A stretch of DNA of 64,000 bases from a virus (Duplodnaviria > Caudoviricetes): IMG/VR virus record IMGVR_UViG_3300021960_000017; one strand, given 5' to 3'. The stretch's first letter is position 1; each line of letters begins with the position of its first letter. Positions 9,888 through 18,300 of this stretch are shown piece by piece. The notes under the pieces are model-generated. The model saw only the letters and a list, made by a program, of their open reading frames with translations. It was not told the origin of the DNA and ran no database searches. Made by a program: the position numbers and the translations under genes.

Positions 9888-9949
9888 AACTTTTACTTTT
9901 CCGTGATAAATATCAGTAAGCTCGAAATGATCGGGCAATGGAGAAAGAA

Positions 9950-10366
9950 ATGGCAGAAATTACCAGAGTTCACGGTAATGCTTTTGGCGTTGTAGCCAAT
10001 GACCGCGGCGAAGCCGGTAGCGGTGCAATTAGTGCAGACGAAACAGTAATTCTTAATGGTCCACAGTTAGACTTCTTTAAGATCATTGTTAAGGATGTAT
10101 CAGGTAACGTAGAGGATCTACGCAACGAATTAGACGCAGGTGAAGGTGTAGAAGCAATTCTACGTCACATTGGTCTTAAGGGTAACATTGAAATTTACCA
10201 AGTTGAGGGCGACACAAGTGGTCAAATTAGTGTTGCTATTTACCCAGCAGGTGCTTATACAGCATCAACACTTCAAACAGCAGTTCGTACATTAAGTGCT
10301 GCTGGCGCTAACAACCTCGACTGCTCAAGCAGCGATGTAACAGATCCTGGCTTCGAGCTAGTATAA
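9950..10366 (+). CDS. putative virion structural protein
   Basis: ATG at 9950 with GGAGA RBS, TAAATA promoter near 9907; MAEITRVHG start. Confidence 0.6.
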   Translation: MAEITRVHGNAFGVVANDRGEAGSGAISADETVILNGPQLDFFKIIVKDVSGNVEDLRNELDAGEGVEAILRHIGLKGNIEIYQVEGDTSGQISVAIYPAGAYTASTLQTAVRTLSAAGANNLDCSSSDVTDPGFELV

Positions 10367-10386
10367 TATAAAAGGGAACAGTTCAA

Positions 10387-10692
10387 ATGGCTGATTTAAG
10401 TGAAGGCGTAAGAAACGCACAAACATATAGCGGTGACCGTCAGGTAGCCCTAACAAGTCTCTCAAAGAGCAACATGACACAGGACGAGCTCGACGCAGCA
10501 ATCCAGTTCATTCAGAAGACAGCAACAGTTATCGGTATCGGTGACGACACAGCAGGTGGCTTTAACGCTGGTGTTAGTGATGTTGTTTATGTACTTTCAG
10601 AAGGTCCTGCTCCAGCAGCAGGTTCAGACTTCGGTGAAGGCACAACAGGTGTAACAGCGGCAGTTGTTGCATACTTTGACAACCTTCTCTAA
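10387..10692 (+). CDS. putative virion structural protein
   Basis: 101 aa Ala/Gly-rich, followed by a terminator. Confidence 0.6.
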   Translation: MADLSEGVRNAQTYSGDRQVALTSLSKSNMTQDELDAAIQFIQKTATVIGIGDDTAGGFNAGVSDVVYVLSEGPAPAAGSDFGEGTTGVTAAVVAYFDNLL

Positions 10693-10711
10693 GGTTTAAA
10701 AATAAACTGTT

Positions 10712-10746
10712 AAAAGGGCGGTGTTTTTACATCGCCCTTTTTTATT
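10712..10746 (+). terminator. intrinsic terminator
   Basis: AAAAGGGCGGTG-TTTTTA-CATCGCCCTTTT followed by a T-run. Confidence 0.8.
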
Positions 10747-10762
10747 CTACATACATAATAAT

Positions 10763-11182
10763 ATGAGACATTGTTCAAGCGTATGGCAGGATCATCCTGG
10801 CATACATAAAGTAGATATCGATAAACTAAGTCCAATGAGTTGGCATGCAGATAACCGTTGGTACTGGCGAGATTTGCCACGCATAATGGATGACGGTTTG
10901 TGGTATCCATTACTATATTATAAATGTACACTAGACTGGTGGAACACAAGTTTCTACAAACGCAAAGGTTCACACGAAATGTGGACGCATATAAATCCTC
11001 CCCAAGTAAATGAAGATGGTATGATATGGGGCGTGTATATGGGCACAAACAGATTGAAATGTCTTAAGTTTATGTCGTATAATAGTGTTGATTGTATAGA
11101 ATGCAAAGGCCAGGCACAGTTAATCGAGCTAGGTGTATATTTAAGAGACAAGGATCCACTACACAATGCCGTTACAGTATGA
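10763..11182 (+). CDS. ParB/Srx-like nuclease-domain protein
   Basis: GLWYPLLY...VYMGTNRL resembles the ParB N-terminal GxxR motif; ATG at 10763 preferred because the track start lies inside the terminator. Confidence 0.45.
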   Translation: MRHCSSVWQDHPGIHKVDIDKLSPMSWHADNRWYWRDLPRIMDDGLWYPLLYYKCTLDWWNTSFYKRKGSHEMWTHINPPQVNEDGMIWGVYMGTNRLKCLKFMSYNSVDCIECKGQAQLIELGVYLRDKDPLHNAVTV

Positions 11183-11633
11183 AGAAATATGGCACCTGCT
11201 CACACTGGTTGACATTACAGAAACTGGACATACCAGAGGCACCGGACTATTAAGAAATCAACAACGTAATTTCGAAACTGTTCAGCAAGTAATAGGTATG
11301 CTAACACAGCCTTTTGGAATAGGGCCTCCTTCTAGTTACAAGTGGGGTAAAGTACATAGACGGTTTAAAGACACAGGCACGGTATGGGGCGAGGTCCATG
11401 ACTTTACTCAGGAAATGCTTGCAGATTTAAATGTGTGGTTGTGGCGTTTTGGTATAGAGCGTGAAGGTGTTTTTGATTTACATGAAAAATTTGACGGTAA
11501 AAATTTACTTAATGCGTTTGAAAATGTGCCTGTTATAACTGGATTAACAGAAAATGCAGTACTACAACCACCTGTGTTTAGTATATCCCCTAAACTACAA
11601 AATGTGCTATTAATATGTGAGACTAGGCGGTAA
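11166..11633 (+). CDS. hypothetical protein
   Basis: 155 aa ORF overlapping the upstream gene. Confidence 0.55.
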   Translation: MPLQYEEIWHLLTLVDITETGHTRGTGLLRNQQRNFETVQQVIGMLTQPFGIGPPSSYKWGKVHRRFKDTGTVWGEVHDFTQEMLADLNVWLWRFGIEREGVFDLHEKFDGKNLLNAFENVPVITGLTENAVLQPPVFSISPKLQNVLLICETRR

Positions 11634-11634
11634 C

Positions 11635-11723
11635 TAAATATGTATGATGCATTAGGCACAACTAGGCTCATTATAGGCAAAAAAATAGGCATACAATCAA
11701 GCATCACCCAAAGGAGTTGGTGA
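11635..11723 (+). promoter_or_regulatory. late promoter plus TAGGC x4 leader
   Basis: TAAATA 11635-11640; TAGGC at 11653, 11663, 11674, 11686, enclosed by TGATGC/GCATCA. Confidence 0.6.
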
Positions 11724-11734
11724 GACCGTAATCA

Positions 11735-11983
11735 ATGGCAGACATTGAAAAAGAAAGTTTAGAAGCACACGTAGAGTTGTGCTCTGAAAGGTATAAAGCA
11801 TTGCACGATAAACTCGATGCAGTAAATCTTCGTCTTGACAAACAAGACAAGACACTAACTCACATCGCTACTAGTATTAGCAAAATGGAAGAAGGACGCA
11901 ACAAGCAAGTAATGGCTTGGGGTGCAGGTATTATTGCTGCACTTGCTGCGGCAGTAGGCGTTTTACTTTTAAAAGTCCTTTAA
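11735..11983 (+). CDS. small membrane protein, XhlA/holin-like architecture
   Basis: Coiled coil followed by a single C-terminal TM helix (WGAGIIAALAAAVGVLLL). Confidence 0.5.
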   Translation: MADIEKESLEAHVELCSERYKALHDKLDAVNLRLDKQDKTLTHIATSISKMEEGRNKQVMAWGAGIIAALAAAVGVLLLKVL

Positions 11984-12003
11984 TAAAACTCATAAATACA
12001 TAT

Positions 12004-12273
12004 ATGTTAACGAGCGAAATTACAGAAGCTATGGCGTGGGCAAAGCGTGGCAATACAGTTGTCCGTAAGTTCCGTTGTTCTAGTGGCAGACGCAAAGGGC
12101 GTATTGTTGCTAAACCTGCTCAGTGTTTTGCTGCACCTGACATACAAAAGCGTATTAAGTTAAAGATGACTAAAATGCGTTTAGGTAGCAAGATGATCAG
12201 AAAGTCTAAAAGGACCAAAAAGGTTAATCCTGCTAGTAAGAGAGTAGCAGCCCTTAATAGGAGTAGCAGATGA
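12004..12273 (+). CDS. small basic phage protein
   Basis: K/R-rich; ATG at 12004 after TAAATA near 11995. Confidence 0.6.
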   Translation: MLTSEITEAMAWAKRGNTVVRKFRCSSGRRKGRIVAKPAQCFAAPDIQKRIKLKMTKMRLGSKMIRKSKRTKKVNPASKRVAALNRSSR

Positions 12274-12563
12274 AAATTTTAGAAGTTTTAACTCCCAAAC
12301 TAAAAAAGGGCAGTAATGTTGTTATCAACGAATCCCCTTACCAAGTGATTAATTATGAAGGCAATGTGTTAACCGCAGTGCCGCAGGGTGGAGACCAACC
12401 TATTAAAATTGATGTAACAGGCTGGGTATTAGAATTTAGTCCACAGGGTCTAGTATTTAGACAGCCTAAAAGCCCAGCAGAAAAAGATCGTAGTCTACCA
12501 CCTGGCAGTATTGTTGACATACAGGGCACGCCTAGAATCATAGGAACTCCAGAGAGGGGTTGA
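12270..12563 (+). CDS. hypothetical protein
   Basis: ATGA-coupled ORF. Confidence 0.55.
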   Translation: MKILEVLTPKLKKGSNVVINESPYQVINYEGNVLTAVPQGGDQPIKIDVTGWVLEFSPQGLVFRQPKSPAEKDRSLPPGSIVDIQGTPRIIGTPERG

Positions 12564-12564
12564 T

Positions 12565-12783
12565 ATGAGATTTTTAGAATTTTCCAAGGGACCAAGTACC
12601 TATATAACAAATGAAGAGCAAGATTTGTTGCACCATGTAGACGCAAATGGTGTTTTGTATAAAAAGAAGTTATCAGAACGTGAAGCAGAGATAGCAAACA
12701 GACTTGTAAACCGAGATTTGCTATTAAGGAAAAGAATCAATGATCAAATTACATACCAAAGAAGCTCTAAGTCAAAACCTTAA
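12565..12783 (+). CDS. hypothetical protein
   Basis: 72 aa in operon. Confidence 0.5.
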   Translation: MRFLEFSKGPSTYITNEEQDLLHHVDANGVLYKKKLSEREAEIANRLVNRDLLLRKRINDQITYQRSSKSKP

Positions 12784-13162
12784 TAAAATAATCGAAAACA
12801 ATACAACATTAAAAATATTACAAAAATCAGATAAGATCTTTGTTAATAATAAAACAATAAAACAAGAAGGTGACTTTTTTGTTTTAGATAATGCTGAGTA
12901 TTTCTTTAGAAAAAAGTCTGCTGTAGCATATGCAGTTTGTTTAGAAAATAAAAATTCCAGCCTGGCTAGTAAAATACAACGGCTTGACAGTAATTTAGGC
13001 AAACTTTATGAAGATTATTTCTGGTACAGCAATGGTGTAAAGAACACAAAAGACAAAATTAAAAAAATAAATCTATTTAATAGATTATCAGATCTCAAGC
13101 CTAAACTCATGTCCACAAAACGAGAGCTGGATCTAACTTTGAAATCCGTAAAAATAGCATAA
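12740..13162 (+). CDS. hypothetical protein
   Basis: 140 aa, AT-rich. Confidence 0.5.
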   Translation: MIKLHTKEALSQNLNKIIENNTTLKILQKSDKIFVNNKTIKQEGDFFVLDNAEYFFRKKSAVAYAVCLENKNSSLASKIQRLDSNLGKLYEDYFWYSNGVKNTKDKIKKINLFNRLSDLKPKLMSTKRELDLTLKSVKIA

Positions 13163-13188
13163 ATACAATAATAGTTGAGGAAATTACA

Positions 13189-13986
13189 ATGAATTTAGAC
13201 GACCTTATTCCGGCTCCCAATGCTAAGAAGGTAGCACAAATTGCAGGCAAGACATTTGGCTACACACTTGATTTAGACAAATTGAATCACGACAAGGCGG
13301 TAAAGTTACGTGAATCTTTTGCAGGCAAACTAGCACATATTGAAAAGAAACTAGGTGCTAAGATTGGCAATAACAGAAGTTATTTGCAAAACAAACTCTT
13401 CTTAGAAGCTATTGACAAGTTTATTGCAGAAGGCCATGGCGTGCATGGTAAGGTTTGTAAAGATTGTGGTTGTGAATTTGATAATCCAAAGCCAGGTTGT
13501 GACTGCAAACATGACGGTCATAATGCTAATGGCAGCAACTGGATCAGTGCACTAGAATTAGAAGAATCAGTTGTTACTGAAGGCACACTTGAAAATTCAG
13601 AACTAGTGCTTGCTGCTAAAGACATGGTAGACAAGATCCAGGCTATGGTAGAAGATCTAGGCGAGATGCAAAACGAACAATTAGGTCCTCTTACAGATGC
13701 TATTAGAGACGAGATGGGTACCGACGTTGCAGACCAATTTAAAGTTGCAATGGAACAGGTAGTAGTTAGCGCACTTGAAAATATGAGAGCAAGTCGCGAC
13801 GCTGCTGACCAAGCAAGTAGAATCCTACAAGGCGAAGCACCACCAGCAATGATGGGTCCAGAAGAGGAACCAGCAATGGAACCAACAACTGACATGGACA
13901 TGGAACAGCCAGCTGAAGAAGACTTTGGTGCTGCTGATGCCGCACAAGCAGGTGACGAAGAGCTAGGCAGAGAACGCCGTGGCTAA
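13189..13986 (+). CDS. putative head/scaffold-related protein
   Basis: Late promoter and GAGG RBS; acidic C-terminal tail; short Cys-rich insert CKDCGC..CDC. Confidence 0.5.
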   Translation: MNLDDLIPAPNAKKVAQIAGKTFGYTLDLDKLNHDKAVKLRESFAGKLAHIEKKLGAKIGNNRSYLQNKLFLEAIDKFIAEGHGVHGKVCKDCGCEFDNPKPGCDCKHDGHNANGSNWISALELEESVVTEGTLENSELVLAAKDMVDKIQAMVEDLGEMQNEQLGPLTDAIRDEMGTDVADQFKVAMEQVVVSALENMRASRDAADQASRILQGEAPPAMMGPEEEPAMEPTTDMDMEQPAEEDFGAADAAQAGDEELGRERRG

Positions 13987-15166
13987 ACTGTTTGCAGACT
14001 ATCTAAAAGAAGCAGACGAAAATCCCGCAGCCATTATAATGAGCGTTGCAGAACTTATGCGTAAGGATATGGATGCAGATAATGAGGTTGCTAAAACCAG
14101 TATTCCATTTTTCCTAATGCAGTTACGCAATGCTGGACTGCCTATTTCCTACGCTGGCTTAAAAGCATACTACAATGCTCATCCAGAACTTAAGAATGTT
14201 ATACAAACATTCAATGATGAGGAAATCATATTTGTAGGACAAGGCGACGAAGCTGACGGCGAAACACTAGGCGAACCACAGGGCGACATTCCTCCTGAAG
14301 AAGTGGTAGACAACATGGCAAAACGTGCTATGAATAAGAGAATGAACGAGGAAGAAGTTGAGCTTGATGAAGCAAGAGTCCCTAAAGATGACTTAAACTG
14401 GGTTGCAACAGGTGGAGAATTCGGTAAGAAAAGAAGATTTCCTGGTTACATTATTAAAAAAGAAGGCATTAAGTACAACGCATACGACGAAGATGATATG
14501 GACCGAAGAGCGGGAGCTATGTCTTTAGAGGGTTTGGCTAGAATGTTGAAGCCTTATATAGATAGAAGAATAGGTGGCGGTTGGGAACTAAGTAAAGCTC
14601 TTGGATTGGATGACACAATGATAGAAGGCAAAGATCAAGGCGCTTCCAAAGAAGAGGAAGATGAATTCCATGTTGCACTAGACGATTTAGTGCACAAAAC
14701 TTTTGGCCATAGTAGTATGGAAAAGAAGAAGAAACCAGCAAGGGAAGAAAGGATGTCTCAAGAAGAATTCGACTACTGGCAATCACCAGAGAGTCTAGCA
14801 AAACTTGCAGGCATTGCTGAAGCAAAAGCAGATCCCAAGATTGTAGCAAAATTTGCAAGAGTTCCAGGAAGCCAGCGTTCATACTACATTATGAAGTGGG
14901 CAGAAGAAAACGGCATTGATGGCAACGAAGCAATGGAGCTTGCTGGCTATGAAAAAGGTAGCTATATGGGCTATGGCACTTATAACTGGCGCTATGTTGG
15001 TGAATCAGACATTAGCGAACGCAAACTTACAGGTGGTGAAAAGCGTAGCCGCGAAGCCAATGTAAAAAAATTAAAAAAGCATAAGGGCGACTTTGAAAAA
15101 CGCTATGGCAAAGATGCTGAAAGCGTAATGTATGCCGTTGCTACAAAGCGTGCTAAAGGGGACTGA
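13979..15166 (+). CDS. putative internal head protein, modular
   Basis: Charged modular ORF with an ERKLTGGEKR...KRYGKDAESVMYAVATKRAK end module. Confidence 0.5.
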   Translation: MAKLFADYLKEADENPAAIIMSVAELMRKDMDADNEVAKTSIPFFLMQLRNAGLPISYAGLKAYYNAHPELKNVIQTFNDEEIIFVGQGDEADGETLGEPQGDIPPEEVVDNMAKRAMNKRMNEEEVELDEARVPKDDLNWVATGGEFGKKRRFPGYIIKKEGIKYNAYDEDDMDRRAGAMSLEGLARMLKPYIDRRIGGGWELSKALGLDDTMIEGKDQGASKEEEDEFHVALDDLVHKTFGHSSMEKKKKPAREERMSQEEFDYWQSPESLAKLAGIAEAKADPKIVAKFARVPGSQRSYYIMKWAEENGIDGNEAMELAGYEKGSYMGYGTYNWRYVGESDISERKLTGGEKRSREANVKKLKKHKGDFEKRYGKDAESVMYAVATKRAKGD

Positions 15167-15168
15167 TA

Positions 15169-15528
15169 GTGGCATATTTACCTACAGGTGCACAAGCTCG
15201 TGAGCGTTCACAAAACAACAATACAATAGCACAACAGATTGCTATTATGGAAATTGCAGTTTTGAATGCTATAGCAAGCAATGCGTTTAGTGCAACCATC
15301 AGTAATACTAGCACAGTAACAATACAGGGGTCTACTATTACTGGTAGCCCAATGACAGACAACGACGCAGCAGGTATAAACTACTACAAAGCCTGGCAGG
15401 GCACTATCACAGATGCAGTTGCTACAGAGCAAATGAACGAAGTTATTGCACACTTTGAAGGCAAAGGCTATACTATTGCTCGTAAAAGCACAAGCGGCAC
15501 ATATTTTTATTGGTATCTAACCTGGTAA
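15169..15528 (+). CDS. putative virion protein
   Basis: 119 aa, GTG start. Confidence 0.55.
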   Translation: MAYLPTGAQARERSQNNNTIAQQIAIMEIAVLNAIASNAFSATISNTSTVTIQGSTITGSPMTDNDAAGINYYKAWQGTITDAVATEQMNEVIAHFEGKGYTIARKSTSGTYFYWYLTW

Positions 15529-15543
15529 ATGCTATAATTTAGT

Positions 15544-16224
15544 ATGATAACAGAACAATTTGCTTATGGTAGTTTAAAGCGTAAAAGCGTAGACGGCCAA
15601 AGATTGTACACTACGCCTGACGGTTTAGCAGTGCCCAGTGTTACAACAATACTAGATAAAACAAAACCAGAACAAGCAAAGCAAGCTCTGCGTGAGTGGA
15701 AAAAGCGAGTAGGTGAAACAAAGGCTGCTGAAATTACTAAAGAAGCAGCAGGCAGAGGCACTCGTATGCATGCCTATTTGGAGCAGTATGTTAAAGAAGA
15801 TAACATAAGTGAACCCGGTAGTAATCCATATAGTCAGCAAAGTTACAAGATGGCCAACATTATTGTGGAACAAGGCTTATGCAATGCTGATGAATTTTGG
15901 GGCACAGAAGTCCCACTTTACTTTCCACAAGTATATGCTGGCACTACGGACTGTTTAGGCGTTTACAACGGCAAACCTGCAATCATTGACTTCAAGCAAA
16001 CAAACAAGCCCAAAAAGACTGAATGGATAAGTGATTACTTTATGCAGTTATGTGCATATGCTGATGCTCACAATGAAGTATATGGAACTGATATTGAGCA
16101 AGGCGTTATACTAATGTGTAGCAAAGATTTCCAATTCCAAACCTGGGTTATAGAAGGAGAAACCTTTCAAGACTACAAACGTCAATGGTGGACACGAGTA
16201 GGCGAATACTACGGCGCAAACTAA
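15544..16224 (+). CDS. PD-(D/E)XK exonuclease
   Basis: PSVTTIL, RGTRMH, YAGTTD, IIDFKQ, QLCAYA. Confidence 0.85.
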   Translation: MITEQFAYGSLKRKSVDGQRLYTTPDGLAVPSVTTILDKTKPEQAKQALREWKKRVGETKAAEITKEAAGRGTRMHAYLEQYVKEDNISEPGSNPYSQQSYKMANIIVEQGLCNADEFWGTEVPLYFPQVYAGTTDCLGVYNGKPAIIDFKQTNKPKKTEWISDYFMQLCAYADAHNEVYGTDIEQGVILMCSKDFQFQTWVIEGETFQDYKRQWWTRVGEYYGAN

Positions 16225-16251
16225 TAAATAACATATATTAGGAGTTTAGCC

Positions 16252-17823
16252 GTGGCTGTAGTACAAATTTCCAGAATACAACACCGCAGTGGTGTCTATG
16301 AAAACTTACCTCAACTCGCAAGAGGTGAGATAGGTTTGGCTGTGGACACACGTCAGGTTTATATTGGCAACGGTGGCAGTGATGCTCCAACTACAGAAAA
16401 TTTAGAAATCCTAACAAGTCGTAGTGATGTTCTAGCACTTGCTGATACCTATACATACAGTGATGTTCAAATTGGATTTAGTGCCCAAACAGGTGTTAGT
16501 GCACTTACTCCTATTACTAGAACACTACAAAATAAACTTGATGACTTTGCGAATGTAAGAGATTTTGGTGCAGTAGGTGACGGCGCAACAGATGATACTG
16601 CGGCTATTAACCGTGCACTTTATGAACTTTTCTCTAGAGAAACAGAAAAAAGAATACGCAGAGCACTGTATTTCCCAGGTGGTGATTATCTAGTAAGCAA
16701 CGAAATTAAAATCCCAACTTATGCCAAACTAGTTGGCGAAGGACCTGACAGTACAATTATTCGTAGCAATGACTCAACAGGGCCAGTAGCACAGTTTGCA
16801 GATAGTTTACAGCAAATTGATGCAAGTGTAGGATCAAGTAGTGCTACACGTCCAAGTTTTATTACTGTAGAAGGTATTACCTTTAAAGCAGACAATGATA
16901 TTGATGTTTTTAAAGTAGATCAAGCAAGTAATGTTCATTTTATAAATTGTGTATTTCAAGCTAACAAAACCACTGCACCTATTACAGTGGGCAATCAAAA
17001 GGCCTGTGTTAGACTTACAAGCAGTGCAAGTTATCAAACAGAGTTTGTAACATTTAGAAACTGTACACTACAAGGGCAAAGTTTTATTGTGATAGCAGAT
17101 GACGATATGAAGAATGTATTGTTTGATGGTTGTAAAATGGTTACAGCCTTCAAAGGTATGAAGATTGGCGAAACAATAACAGGCAGTGCTCCAAGTATTA
17201 TTGGTCCTAAAAGCATGAAGGTTATCAACACTCTTTTTGATGACATCTACAACAATGCTATTCACATTTACAGCACTATTAGAGGATTTGTTAGTAGCAA
17301 TAACATCTTTAAGGATTGTGGCAACAATGGACTTGGCAGCGGCAACCCTAATCATGATGTAATACTTTTTGCAGGCCAAGGCTGTTACAGTTTTGGTGAT
17401 AGTTTTGACAGACCAGACGTTGATGTAACTAGCACAACTAGAAAAATAGATCATGGTGCTAGAAACATCGCTACCGAAGACGATACCCTACAGGTAGGTT
17501 CACATATTAGACGCACTCAAGCCAACATAACACTTGCTAATAATACTACAGCAAGCACTGGTGTAACATTTGCTGACAATGGTGACTATTATGCAATTGA
17601 AATAGACTATTACATAAGCAGAAACAGCAAGTTTAGACAGGGCAAACTTACTATTACACATGATAGTTCAGCACAAGTACTTGATGATGATTTTAACGAA
17701 AATAATGGTGATGTAGGCGTAACATTTGCTTTATCCAATGCTGCTAATGTAACAACATTAAATTATACAACTGATAACCAAACAACAGGTACAGTGTACC
17801 TCACTACAAGAATAATAAGATAA
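16252..17823 (+). CDS. tail fibre/spike with pectate-lyase-like beta-helix
   Basis: N-terminal LPQLARGEIGLAVDTRQVYIGNG module; NVRDFGAVGDGATDDTAAINRAL. Confidence 0.8.
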   Translation: MAVVQISRIQHRSGVYENLPQLARGEIGLAVDTRQVYIGNGGSDAPTTENLEILTSRSDVLALADTYTYSDVQIGFSAQTGVSALTPITRTLQNKLDDFANVRDFGAVGDGATDDTAAINRALYELFSRETEKRIRRALYFPGGDYLVSNEIKIPTYAKLVGEGPDSTIIRSNDSTGPVAQFADSLQQIDASVGSSSATRPSFITVEGITFKADNDIDVFKVDQASNVHFINCVFQANKTTAPITVGNQKACVRLTSSASYQTEFVTFRNCTLQGQSFIVIADDDMKNVLFDGCKMVTAFKGMKIGETITGSAPSIIGPKSMKVINTLFDDIYNNAIHIYSTIRGFVSSNNIFKDCGNNGLGSGNPNHDVILFAGQGCYSFGDSFDRPDVDVTSTTRKIDHGARNIATEDDTLQVGSHIRRTQANITLANNTTASTGVTFADNGDYYAIEIDYYISRNSKFRQGKLTITHDSSAQVLDDDFNENNGDVGVTFALSNAANVTTLNYTTDNQTTGTVYLTTRIIR

Positions 17824-17829
17824 TAATAT

Positions 17830-18300
17830 ATGTGGTATGCAGATCCCCAGTCTAGGATTCTAGACTGGTTTAAATTTCGCCAATCCCTGGACATTATGTC
17901 TGAATATGAGGCAGTTTGTGCTACTAATAAATTGTATCACACTGCTCCTATTAGTAATAGATACTATCATTTTGATTTTCCTGAGGAATGGCCTGATCCC
18001 TGGGAATTAATTGTGGAAAATCATTACGATGATATTGCAAGAGCACTAGGAATGTTATATACTTTAAGATATAGTAGGCATGAGTTGTCCGGTGAGCTTA
18101 GATGCTACTCAGACAAAAACCACAGTAAGGAATATAATTTAGCATGGTTGTGCGAAGGAAAATATGTACTTAATTACGATCTCGGAGTTGTCGTAAATAC
18201 TAACATCGAACTTAAAGAATTAAATTTAAAAGCAAGAGTAACTCTAGAGGAACTAGTAGGAAATGAGTCAAATTCAAGTAACAAAAAGGAATGGTCGTAA
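17830..18300 (+). CDS. hypothetical protein
   Basis: 156 aa ORF. Confidence 0.55.
   Translation: MWYADPQSRILDWFKFRQSLDIMSEYEAVCATNKLYHTAPISNRYYHFDFPEEWPDPWELIVENHYDDIARALGMLYTLRYSRHELSGELRCYSDKNHSKEYNLAWLCEGKYVLNYDLGVVVNTNIELKELNLKARVTLEELVGNESNSSNKKEWS

Noticed and set aside
5182-11700. Amber recoding suggested by repeated TAG-GCA in leaders
   Set aside because: TAG is a normal terminator in nrdA, 24192, 57595 and 58008; no suppressor tRNA seen; long ORFs are intact under code 11
15544-16224. Cas4/CRISPR association of the exonuclease
   Set aside because: No repeat-spacer array or cas genes seen in the window, and no Fe-S Cys cluster; an ordinary phage PD-(D/E)XK exonuclease
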